This document shows positions 12,806 to 23,362 of a stretch of DNA of 64,000 bases, piece after piece; within the stretch, counting starts at the first letter, position 1, and the number at the start of each line of letters is the position of its first letter. A program made the position numbers and the translations under genes. Under the pieces are notes generated by a model, which did not search any database, was not told the DNA's origin, and saw only the letters and a list, made by a program, of their open reading frames with translations. The stretch comes from Tubulanus polymorphus (taxonomy: Eukaryota; Animalia; Nemertea). The DNA is taken from contig NC_134028.1 in NCBI RefSeq assembly GCF_964204645.1, forward strand, positions 14,391,653-14,455,652, given 5' to 3'.

Positions 12806-13604
12806 ATCTAAAATACCCATAGGCCCTAAATCAAGTAGGTTTATGGCGAACGGATAAAATTAGGAATGTAATAGAAATATAATTTTTGGAAAGAGTATTT
12901 GTCTCCCGATGATTAGATTTGCAGGCCAGACTCATTGTTGACCAAAGTTCTTTAAGTGAATTGCTTTAAAGTAATAAATATTGATGAAACAATATCATAA
13001 ATTCTTAAGTGAGTTATTTTGTAATAGTCCAATTTAAGTGCACACTGATGCATGTTAAATTCTTATAAATTCATTAATAAATCTAATTCATACATTTTCC
13101 CCTCCTCGCTTATTCATTCTATATTAGTTTTACTAATGAACATCATAGTGGCTTGTGCCTAATGTCAATAAGCAGCGAATGGTTGCCACTTATCTGAGTT
13201 AATCTCGCACGAAAGATTAAACTCGATTAGAGCCGCTGAAAACGTATTTCTTTGCAGCCTATAGTTTACGCATACATGCTCTAAATGCTCTATATCAGAG
13301 CCTATTCTGAAGCATGGACTCTGAATTCGTTCGAAAGTCCGAGGCCTAATTATGAGAGTTGTTTATACAATGAGTAATTAAGTGGTGGGATTACAATGGG
13401 AGAGATCATTTCATCAGCCACATCGTTGCCCCAGGGAGTTAGTTATATTCGTTATAGCCAAAATACCTTGACCATGGACTCTAAAACGTTTTAATGTCTT
13501 AATCGTTTTAGAGTCCATGACTTGACAGAATATAGAAGTTTGCCCAGAAAAAGTTATGCATGTTCCAAAAAAAGGAACCAATAAAGACTTATATTATTAG
13601 AATT

Positions 13605-13711
13605 TAAATGAAGAGCCGAGTAGTACTTTTAAAGGTTAACTATTTATTTCGACGCACGACTCACGAGCTTTCACTACTAAAGTATAGAAGCTTCATCAGG
13701 TGAATGAGTGA
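13605..13711 (-). mobile_element. Short Penelope-like retroelement insertion
   Basis: Flanked by 12-bp direct repeat ATTATTAGAATT (13593-13604, 13712-13723); contains a minimal hammerhead. Confidence 0.7.
13659..13705 (-). ncRNA. Minimal type I hammerhead ribozyme
   Basis: AUUCAC-CUGAUGA-A-GCUUCUA uacuu UAGUAGU-GAAA-GC-UC-GUGAGU: core boxes, stems I and II pair, palindromic AGCU in place of stem III. Confidence 0.78.
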
Positions 13712-13840
13712 ATTATTAGAATTGTCACATTTGGTAAATTTCGGAAACAAAACCTAGGAACTACCAAGTATCAAAGAAATGTGTTCCCTTGTGATATTGA
13801 ATGTAGTGTACATGTCAAAACATCATTGCATTTGATTTCT

Positions 13841-14008
13841 TGTAAGTCAATGAAATGCTGGTTAGTTTTCTATTTAATTTTCCTTGGCCTTTTTTTTCCG
13901 TGGCAATTTTTACCTTGGCCATTTTTTCCTAGGCAAAAACCTTGGCCTTTCTTTCCTTAGCCATTTTTCCCCTGGCCAATTTTTCCTTGGCCATTTTTTC
14001 CGTTCACC
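13841..14008. repeat. Partial copy of the 10826 MITE family
   Basis: TTGGCCATTTTTTCC array ending CCGTTCACC, the inverse of GGTGAACGG at 10826. Confidence 0.75.
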
Positions 14009-14209
14009 GAAATGACAATTTGTCACTGCTGTCATTTCGGGTATGGGTTTGGGTTGTTTAAAAAAAGCAGAAATCTCAGAAAATTGTAATTTTTGGGCTC
14101 TTGAAAACGGTCAATATGTTATAGCAGGTTAATGTATAAAACTGCTCAGAATCGCTACAATAAACAAAATTTGTCCAGGAAAAATAGTTGATATATTTCA
14201 GAACACGAA

Positions 14210-14810
14210 AGTAATAGGGGTAATAGGCTTTCATACCAAAGGTCGAAAGGTCAAGCTCATTAAAAAAACAAATATTAAAAGTAATTAAAAACTATAATAT
14301 ATTTTCATAACCGCGTGCATTTTATATCAAAACTAAATATTTATTCTAAGATATCAATAATTTTAAATGCATATTGTATTAAATCAATTGGTCGCTCCGC
14401 TTCGCTACCGCTCCGCGACCAATTGATTTATTTACAATACACAAATTCATATAATCAAATATATTTTAATAATAATAATTATTCTATTATTATATTATTC
14501 AACTGAAATGCACGCGGTTATGAAAATATATTATAGTTTTTAATTACTTTTAATATATGTTTTTAATGAACTCGACCATTCAACCTTTGATATGAAAGCC
14601 CATTACCCCTATTACTCTTAAAATAATCATGTACATGAATAACATTTAAATCATTGAACTTCTAAAATCAATTTTAATAAAAAATTTAGTATTAAAATGG
14701 AAGCAAATAAGTACTACTGCCCAACATGTAATATCGATATAGATAAATCCCAAAAAGCAAGACACAATAAAACTAGAACACATTTAGAAAATAAATTGAA
14801 ACTAGAATAT
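14210..14810 (+). repeat. Left TIR of copy 1, including a terminal palindrome (14210-14616) and the first 38 PolB codons
   Basis: Near-identical reverse complement of 35175-35940 apart from an insertion in the right copy. Confidence 0.95.
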
Positions 14811-14900
14811 TTACAGTTATATTCAGAACAGTTAACAAAAGGAAAGTAAATTTATTGAATTATGGAATAATGATCCAAATAATGAACAATACGTTGAGGA
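14811..14900 (+). pseudogene. 3' remnant of an HNH endonuclease gene
   Basis: Matches 16477-16549 and 51842-51928. Confidence 0.75.
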
Positions 14901-15915
14901 TCCTATGTTTATAGAACATGATTCTATTTGAACCTATATACATTCAATGTACAGAGCTATAGAATAAATCTATAAATTCACAGCTGTTACAGCTGTTACT
15001 ATGACGCCGAGACTTATGACTCATTATTACAAACGTGCAGAGAGAGAGAGAGAACACTCTAGAACCGGAACTAGATGACGTGGCATAATCAACGACGTGT
15101 CATTCTAGAAATCGCCCCGGAAATGAACATACGCTGTAATATTGTGCTCAGGATATTCTATCTTTCGAAACGAAATTAGGAGTTTATAGTTTACAATTAT
15201 AAATCTAAATGTAAGTACTGTTTGTTGTAGTTATTAAGGTTATTAAATATGAAACCTTTAGATATATTTAAGTGTATTTATTATATCTTTTAGATAACTA
15301 GAGTTACCGCTAATATCTTTTAGATTAATAAAACGCCATACGAATCAAGAAGTGATAGAGAAACTCAAGATACTCTTTCTGACTGAGGAATCAACAGCAA
15401 TGGATATCGAACCAATAGAATCACCAAAAGATCGAAGAAGAAATATAATAATTTCAAAAACATTAAGACTCCAATGATTAAGTTTAACATTTGTTGATGT
15501 AGTTAAATATTTACCAGCAATTGAAAAAATGTTTGTAATTATAAATTGTATAATGTATTATGTAAATCTGATTTGTGAATTTTTATGTTCAGTCGTTTCT
15601 ATTATGATTAACGCATGCGCATTAAACAAAACCGGCCATAAATGGCCGCATGTGACGCATGTAACGCATGTGTTGTTTCTATTTTACAGAATTTATAGAA
15701 TGAATATATAATTATGATTAACACATGTGCATTAAGCAAAACCGGCCATAAATGGCCGCATGTGACGCGGGTATTGTAACTGGTATTATTTAGATATCAA
15801 GGAATCGAAACAACTTATCAAAAGCAACGAAGAATGAAAAAGGATGACGTTGGTCGAAGAAATGGAAGAGGATTATAAAATTATTAACCAATTTAGTAAA
15901 AAATACGTATAATAA

Positions 15916-16566
15916 ATTGAACCAGAACAACCACAAACTATCAATATTACAAATAACACTGGCGTTATAAACATATACTACAAGAAGTGTTCTAAGTGTG
16001 AATTAGATAAATCATTAACAGAATTTAGTAAGCGTAAGATTAGCAAAGATGGTTTTCAATATTACTGTAAAACTTGCATTAAACTATATACTAAACAATA
16101 TCGAGAAGATAATATAGAACATTATAATTATTATATGACAAAATATATGAGAGAAAGATATCAAACAGATCTTAATTTTAGATTGAAACAATGCTTAAGG
16201 TCTAGATTAACACAATTATTCAACAAAGAAACACATTCAGAAACACTATCTAATTTATTGGGTTGTTCAGATGAATTTCTCAAATCATGGATTATATATC
16301 AATTCGATGATAAAATGAATATAGATAATTATGGGGATTATTACCATATTGATCATGTGTTACCAATATCTAAATTTAACATGAATGATGAATACAATAA
16401 AAAACTTATTTGGGGTTGGAAAAATTTAAGACCTTTAGAAAAGAAAGAAAATCAAATCAAATCTAATAAACTAGATTTACAGTTATATTTAGAACAGTTA
16501 ACAAAAGCAAAGAAATTTATTGATCAATGGAATAATAATCCAAATAATGCACGACGGTACGAGTAA
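15916..16566 (+). CDS. HNH endonuclease with N-terminal zinc ribbon (ATT at the expected start; 3' end interrupted)
   Basis: Open frame from 15916: KKCSKCELDK...DGFQYYCKTC, then HIDHVLPISKF...NLRPLEKKENQIKSNK. Confidence 0.82.
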   Translation: MEPEQPQTINITNNTGVINIYYKKCSKCELDKSLTEFSKRKISKDGFQYYCKTCIKLYTKQYREDNIEHYNYYMTKYMRERYQTDLNFRLKQCLRSRLTQLFNKETHSETLSNLLGCSDEFLKSWIIYQFDDKMNIDNYGDYYHIDHVLPISKFNMNDEYNKKLIWGWKNLRPLEKKENQIKSNKLDLQLYLEQLTKAKKFIDQWNNNPNNARRYE

Positions 16567-19500
16567 AGGCAAATGCGACCATGTCGAACGTTATGACGTA
16601 GCGCGTCTCTATTGGTTAAATTGATTGTTGCGCTAAAAATAGCTTCGCGGTTGAGCGCGCGTGTTGAATGAATACGGAACGGCACCCGGACTAATGTCAC
16701 GTTTTAAGGTATAAAGTATTTGGGATTCGAACCGAAACATATCTAAAACGAAAATTTACGTGTTTTGGCGTTTAACTATGTTCCAGTTTTCTCAACTTTC
16801 GCCATATTAATTTCCCAGGGCGGCGCTGAAAACCAGGAAGTAATTTTGTCATTTTGCCGGTTTTGGGCCTCCGAAATCTCAAAGTTTTGGAAGAATTTAA
16901 GGTAGAATAGACAGTTCAGTCATCCAAATACCCAATAGTATTAAAACCCATCTAAAAACGAATCGAATGATACCTTATATGTCTATATGGCATTGGAAAT
17001 AAGTGAGATATTCTCAGTTTCTCGTACTACTTCAAAACTAATTTTATGAGCTAGCGTTTTTACCTTATTTATTTTGATGACTTTTACTCGAAAATAATTG
17101 GGTTTATTCGAAATCTGAAAACATACGTAATTAGATCTTGTTCTCCTGTCAATTTTGATATATAGAATGTGTACTCCCTATTACGAGTTGACTTAGAATT
17201 TGCGTCATCAAGTTAGGCCTAATCGTAAACTGCGGACCAAATTCGAAAATTATCATAATTGGACTAGTGCCACAGTCTATAAAAACACATACTGAGTCTT
17301 ATTGAATCCTGAAATGAAGGACTATTATGAGAATAATCATTTGGCAAAAAAGAAATATTGAATTCGTTGCGTAATATGCCTAAACTAGGATTTTCCACGA
17401 GAAAGGCGTGAAAGCGCAGGCGTTACCTCAATTTTGGCTCTGACACAGAAATTTGTGTGCAGGTCTTTGGGTGGTGGGGCCATTTTTATAGGGGATTTCC
17501 CTGAAAATTCTGACTAATTACTGCGCAGACACAGTAAACAATTGATTAATACAGACTTGAAAATGTGTGTCTGTCCTGTCCAACAGTGCCGCACCCTTGT
17601 TGTGGAAACGGCTAAAGGGAAATAAATTTGATTGATCTGTTTCTCGTGGAAAAGCAGCCTATGGCTCATTTTCACGCATCTCACATCTAATGTCGAATTC
17701 AATTTTGTTTGAAAGGATATCAGATTGTCTGGCTCAGTTAGTGTTTAGCGTAGGCCTACTAGGGACCTATGTAAATTGTATTGGAAGATTGCCAAAAATC
17801 TTTGAATTGTTAATTTTATTTTAAAGATAATATATTTTTTGTTTTATAGGATTCGTCAGGTATTTGTCAGACATAGCAGATATTTTATAGCCGATTTTTC
17901 CCGTTCAAATGTAAGTTGTATCAAGCAGAAATTTGCATTTTTTTCATATTTATTTGTTTATAACATGATATTGACATTTGTTTATTTCAGGTAGATGGCA
18001 AGTATAGCGCATTTGGTTCTGATGGTACCCATGGAATTCAGCAGTTGGCCTTCCATATCATATCAATACATTTTACAAATTAGTAACCGCAATTGCTCAA
18101 ATAGCTTGTTGCATTCAAACCTTCTATGTCTCATTGTTTTAGATTTGAAATAAAAGATTGATGTACTTTCAATTTGCTTCTTTTTCTGACTGCGATATAT
18201 ATTACCACGTCTACAGCTCGTTGAACCCGGGTTTCGAAGTACGCGGGTTCATCTAAACCCAGCGATTGCAGGGCTGCATCTACACTTATTTTAGCTCCAG
18301 TAATTGAATCCACATCTGTAGAGCTTTTCGTGAACATAGGTTCAATTCTCAATAGGTTATATAACTCCTTTTTTCAAAAACCTGGCTTTTTGCATTCAAC
18401 CCGTGTTTCGAGCTTAGTGTAGACACATAACCTTGGTATAAGATGCAAGTGTAGACGAAGCTTCTCTTATTTTCTTTTGTTAGTAAGAATGAATAGGAAT
18501 TCACGACTTCAGGAATATGCATAAGAAAAAGCTCTTTTATATGTTTAGATTTATTCAAACATCAAAGTGAAAAGATGGAAACAAGTAAAATCTTGACAAT
18601 CCCCAGTTTAAAGATTCAACTTCATATCCTTGTACTTGATATCTGCATCACCTAAAGATGAATAAAAGCAAACAGAAAAAAAAATCAATTGATTGCTGAA
18701 AGTTAAATAATTCAATACAGCAGCGATGACTACAGGTGATGTATTCACCATTCAGTCAGTGAGGCCTACTCACTTTTTGTCATCTCCAATCCTGTAAACC
18801 TGGCTTATCTAGTCACAAGTAGACCTCTAAATTAGCCCTTGTTCGGGTTCCTGTAACAGGCTGAACTCTCTGAAAAAGAAACATTGCCTTTGAGATTAAA
18901 AAATTGCATGTGGAAATTTATTTCAAGACTTCATATTTATGTAAATAAATGACATGAATAGCCTACCTACTTACGATTCTAAGAGGCCTAGGCCTACTTT
19001 TCGGGTCCATGGAAAAAACAATCACAAGTAGATAGTTGGTCTGTCAAAAATGTTTCCTAAAAATAAGATAAGGAGCAGTGAGTACACTACCTACACGTAC
19101 ACTCAACCCCCAGTAGATTGTTTGATGAGAACCTAATCTAAAGTATCACTTGTCCATGTTTTTGTAGACTACATAAAAGTGTGGATGGAGTAGACACTTG
19201 AGGATAATTAGACACTGAAGAATTGACTGCAGGAAACTTACATTTGTTTCGTTTATTCTTCTCGTTAGGACCTTGGCTGCTTCGGGAATCAGGTTCCGAT
19301 TCGATGCGACAGAAGAGTAGGCCTAGGTACCATGACCGAGTACCGACAGCTGATATTTTGTCGGTCGTAGCGCACTATTTTATCATGATCCATAGCCATA
19401 TTCCAACCTCGGTGCCTTGAGTGCGGTACTGTTATTCTTTTAAACGGATTTGGGCCATTTGTGATGTGAAATACTACATTTTATACCAGATCCAGTCAGT

Positions 19501-19841
19501 TAAAGAAAATTCCACGTCTTGTTTATCATGACGGCCGCCATTTTGACTAGCGGTAATTGATGATTGGCACCAATCAAATTTTCAAAACAAATCTTCCAGC
19601 GATGTTGCTTTCAATTAATTTTATGTTTTATATGTTAATTATAGTCTTTAAATGGATTCTTTTATAAACATTATTTAAAATACATCGCAGAATAGATTTT
19701 AGATCCTTCGACGCGCGTATCGCGAGACGGCGCGGTGTTGTTTATTTAGAGTATTATGACGTCATAACAACATTCGCGCACCTAGATAGTTCACGTGTTT
19801 GGTGTCAAGGTCGCTGAAAGTTGCGGCTCTGTACCTTCGTG
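16550..19841. mobile_element. Chapaev-like (CMC superfamily) non-autonomous DNA transposon
   Basis: Termini CACGACGGTAC/GTACCTTCGTG, 4-bp TSD AATG; removal restores the sequence seen at 51904-51928; no intact transposase. Confidence 0.78.
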
Positions 19842-20242
19842 AATGAACAATACGTTGAGGAATTTGATATCAAGGATCCGAAATGACTTATCTGGACAGT
19901 TATAACTACTGCTCCTAATAGATGGTGCCATAAACGGCACCCACACAGTGATAAACAAAAGTAGTGAGATGGTGCTGTACAGCACCCACATGGTGATATC
20001 AAATAGATTTTAAATAAAATATAATAAAAATTACATACCTTCAACTATCTATTATTTCTATTATATTTTTAATATTTTCTTTTCAAAAAAGAATACTTTA
20101 TATTTTGAATAGATTCAAATAGAAATTCTTTAAATTCAAATAGCTAGTATCAGTAGTCAATACTAGAATTCTTTAACTTTAACTATCTAGTATCATTTTA
20201 TAATACTTATAATACTATTCTTATTAAATTTCTCTAATATAA

Positions 20243-20860
20243 ATGTCTAAGAAATCGAATAAGAATAATGTTAAAGTTGAAAAAACTTTGGAAGATTTAG
20301 GCCTAACAGATGATAATGATAATGTGACAACTAAATGTGATAATAAAATTGATAGTAATATTGATTACGAGTACTATTTATGTTCTAAGCATCAACTCGA
20401 ACTATTGATTGCGAGTGGCAAATCTAAAGAGTTTATTGGTAAAACAATAACTTTTCAAGAATTAGATAATATGAACAAAGAAAAAGTAATCAAATATTTT
20501 AAGATTTATGAAGAGTCAAGATTAGCTAGAATAAATGATTCTATTTCAGATGGTATTGTCAAATGTTATTCAAAATTATGTAACCAGGTAATGCCAATTA
20601 ATGATGAAAATAAATTTTATAGTGATTTAAAAAATGACTTCTTAGTTATGACTGAATTACAAAAATGGGTTGGATATGCTTCATTCCAATTAGGATCGGT
20701 TATGACATTGATTTCTACTGGAGTTATAACATTTTCGAATATCAAACCTATGGAAAACAAAGATAAAAGTAAATCAGGTAAGAACGAAACAGATGTACTA
20801 CAACCAAACCACGAAACAGAAGATGAATCAGAACAAAAATTAAGCAAAATAAATGAGTGA
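20243..20860 (+). CDS. Conserved Maverick protein of unknown function (205 aa)
   Basis: Homologue at 52192-52799; ATAAATG start. Confidence 0.8.
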   Translation: MSKKSNKNNVKVEKTLEDLGLTDDNDNVTTKCDNKIDSNIDYEYYLCSKHQLELLIASGKSKEFIGKTITFQELDNMNKEKVIKYFKIYEESRLARINDSISDGIVKCYSKLCNQVMPINDENKFYSDLKNDFLVMTELQKWVGYASFQLGSVMTLISTGVITFSNIKPMENKDKSKSGKNETDVLQPNHETEDESEQKLSKINE

Positions 20861-21248
20861 TGATGGTGTCATTCAACACCCACACGGTGATATTAAAAAA
20901 AAGCCTAGATCTGAGAAACAAATTGAATGGGCAAAGAAATTAGGTAAAAGATCTGCAGAATTAAAAAAAGCTAAGAAAAAGAAATTAACTGATATAAATG
21001 AATCTGGTATTAATTCAAATAATAATCCATCTAATTCTTATAATGCTGGAAGTAATAATAAATTATATATTACAATTGGATTAATCACAGTAATTATATT
21101 CTCTGGTGTAATATATAAATATAAATTTAATAATAATGAAAGTGATAATGATAATGATGAACGGAAACTTCGTTACCCATGTACAGACAATAAAACACCA
21201 GAAAATAAATCAAATGAAAATAAATCTAAGATATTATTAATGGATTAA
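20853..21248 (+). CDS. Basic single-TM Maverick protein (131 aa)
   Basis: KKPRSEKQ..W basic N-terminus, hydrophobic LYITIGLITVIIFSGVIY; homologue 52792..53151. Confidence 0.8.
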   Translation: MSDDGVIQHPHGDIKKKPRSEKQIEWAKKLGKRSAELKKAKKKKLTDINESGINSNNNPSNSYNAGSNNKLYITIGLITVIIFSGVIYKYKFNNNESDNDNDERKLRYPCTDNKTPENKSNENKSKILLMD

Positions 21249-21251
21249 AAT

Positions 21252-22336
21252 ATGATGAAAAAAGAACAATATTTAAGAGATTTATATTATAACCCAGAAA
21301 GTGAAGTTTCATATTCAAGTGTTTCGGAATTATGGGATAAAATTAAATCTGATAAAGAAAAAATAAAACATAGTGAATTAAAATCATGGTTACAAAATCA
21401 ACCCACATATCAAATTCATAAAAAGATGGATAAAAAATATTTAACAAGAAAAGTAATGGTTTCATATATTGACCAACAATGGCAAGCTGATTTAATTGAT
21501 ATGAAAAACTTAGAAGAATATAACAAAGGATATTTTTGGATACTAAATGTTATAGATATATTCAGTAGATACGCATGGAGTATCCCGATTAAAAATAAAA
21601 CTGGTATAGAAGTTACAAATTCTTTCAAATTAATATTTAAAGAAGCTATCCCAGATAAAATACAATTTGATGAAGGTAAAGAATTTTATAACAAACATTT
21701 TAAAAAACTATTAACTGATAACGATGTAGAATATTTTTCAACACATTCAGATAAAAAAGCATCTGTTATAGAAAGATTTAATAAAACATTGAAAACTAGA
21801 ATGTGGAAATATTTCACCGCTAATGAAACATATAAATATATCGATGAGTCTATAAATATATTAGATGATTTAGTTAAAGGTTATAATAATTCTAAACATA
21901 GTTCTATAAATATGAAACCTATACAAGCTAGAAAAGAAGAAAATTCAGTTTGGAATAATTTATATGGAGCATTTGTTACATATGATTTTGGAGAACCTAA
22001 ATTTAAAATAGGACAACATGTTAGAATTTCTAAATATCGAAAAACATTTTATAAAGGTTATACCCCTAATTTTACTGAAGAAATATTTAAAATTAAAAAG
22101 ATAATATTAACTAAACCATTTGTTTATAAATTGTTTGATTTAAAAGATGAAGAAATATTAGGTTGTTTTTATGAACAAGAATTCCAAATCCAGATGAAAT
22201 AGAATACAAAATAGAAAAAGTATTGAAAAGAAAAACTCTTAAAGGAAAAAAGTATTCTTTGGTGAAATATAAAGGATATGATGATAAATTTAATGAATGG
22301 ATTTTATCTAGTAAAATTAAAAGAATAAATGAATAA
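21252..22336 (+). CDS. Retroviral-like DDE integrase with C-terminal chromodomain (frameshift near 22180)
   Basis: WQADLIDM, IDIFSRYAW, QFDEGKEF, IERFNKTLK; YKIEKVL..SLVKYKGYDDKFNEWI in a shifted frame; copy 2 has the missing bases. Confidence 0.93.
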
Positions 22337-22943
22337 AGATTTGTTTATATTTGAACCACATAATATGTTAGTTACTGGAGTTACAAATTGTGGTAAAACA
22401 CACTTCATATTAGATTTATTAGAAACTATTTATAAAAATCATTTCGATAATATAATATTATTCTGCCCAACTTATGAAATGAATGAAACGTATAATAGAG
22501 ATATAGTTTTTAAAGATAAAAAGTTTATTATATTAAATTCTAAAACAGTGAAAGATAATTTAGATAATTGTATAAAAATTGCATTAGATATTTATAAAGG
22601 ATCTAATACATTATTTATTATTGATGATTGCGCAAATTTACATGATTCTAAAATTAGAGAAAGTGAGTTATGTTATTTAGCTTTCTCTGGTAGACATTTT
22701 GGGATAACAACATGGGTTTTAAATCAGAAATATAATTCAATTGTGAAAGATTTTAGAGAGAATATAAGATTTCTAGTTTTATTCTACAACAAAGATAGAA
22801 AATCTATGCAACAATCATTGGAAGAAAATCAAATTATACCTACTGAATTACATGATGAATATATGAATAAATTAAAGAATAATAAAGGTTCAAAATTATT
22901 ACTGAGACAACAATTTCCCTATGAAGATAAATTTATAAAATAA
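22329..22943 (+). CDS. A32/FtsK-like genome-packaging ATPase
   Basis: Walker A GVTNCGKT, Walker B FIIDD, GRH and downstream Q motif. Confidence 0.93.
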   Translation: MNKDLFIFEPHNMLVTGVTNCGKTHFILDLLETIYKNHFDNIILFCPTYEMNETYNRDIVFKDKKFIILNSKTVKDNLDNCIKIALDIYKGSNTLFIIDDCANLHDSKIRESELCYLAFSGRHFGITTWVLNQKYNSIVKDFRENIRFLVLFYNKDRKSMQQSLEENQIIPTELHDEYMNKLKNNKGSKLLLRQQFPYEDKFIK

Positions 22944-22973
22944 AATCCTAATTTGGAATATTATAGAAACTAA

Positions 22974-23360
22974 TTTATATATCTATGTACTAGACGTACG
23001 AGTAAGAAATTAAGATTCTTACCTTTTTACTTTCTTGGCAAGAATCTTGGATTCTTACATACGTCTAGTCCATAGAAATATGAATTATTAAATGAAATAT
23101 ATAATAATGAATAAATCATATATTAAAACTATGTTTATAATTTATGTTTATAATTTATATTTATAATTTATGCTTATAATTTATATTTATAATTTATATT
23201 TATAATTTATGTTTATAATTTATGTTTATAATCTATGTTTATAATTTATGTTTATAATTTATATTTCTTGGCAAGGATTCTTGGATTCTTACTTTCTTAC
23301 TCGTACGTCTAGTGCATAGATATATAAATAGTCTTATAGATATATAAATAGTTTTATAAT
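22974..23360. repeat. Inverted repeats around a 12-bp tandem array at the convergence of the gene blocks
   Basis: ~35-bp inverted repeat (22974-23009 vs 23293-23328); (TTTATAATTTATR)-like 12-mers at ~23130-23265. Confidence 0.9.
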
Positions 23361-23362
23361 AA

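Noticed and set aside
14315-14506. 63-aa ORF in the TIR (also 35479..35697)
   Set aside because: GTG/non-family start in a palindromic non-coding region; disrupted in the other TIR.
15916-19998. HNH gene plus short repeats as an RNA-guided (IscB/Cas9/Fanzor-like) system
   Set aside because: No RuvC motifs, protein is small, and the hairpin repeats are dispersed rather than arrayed.
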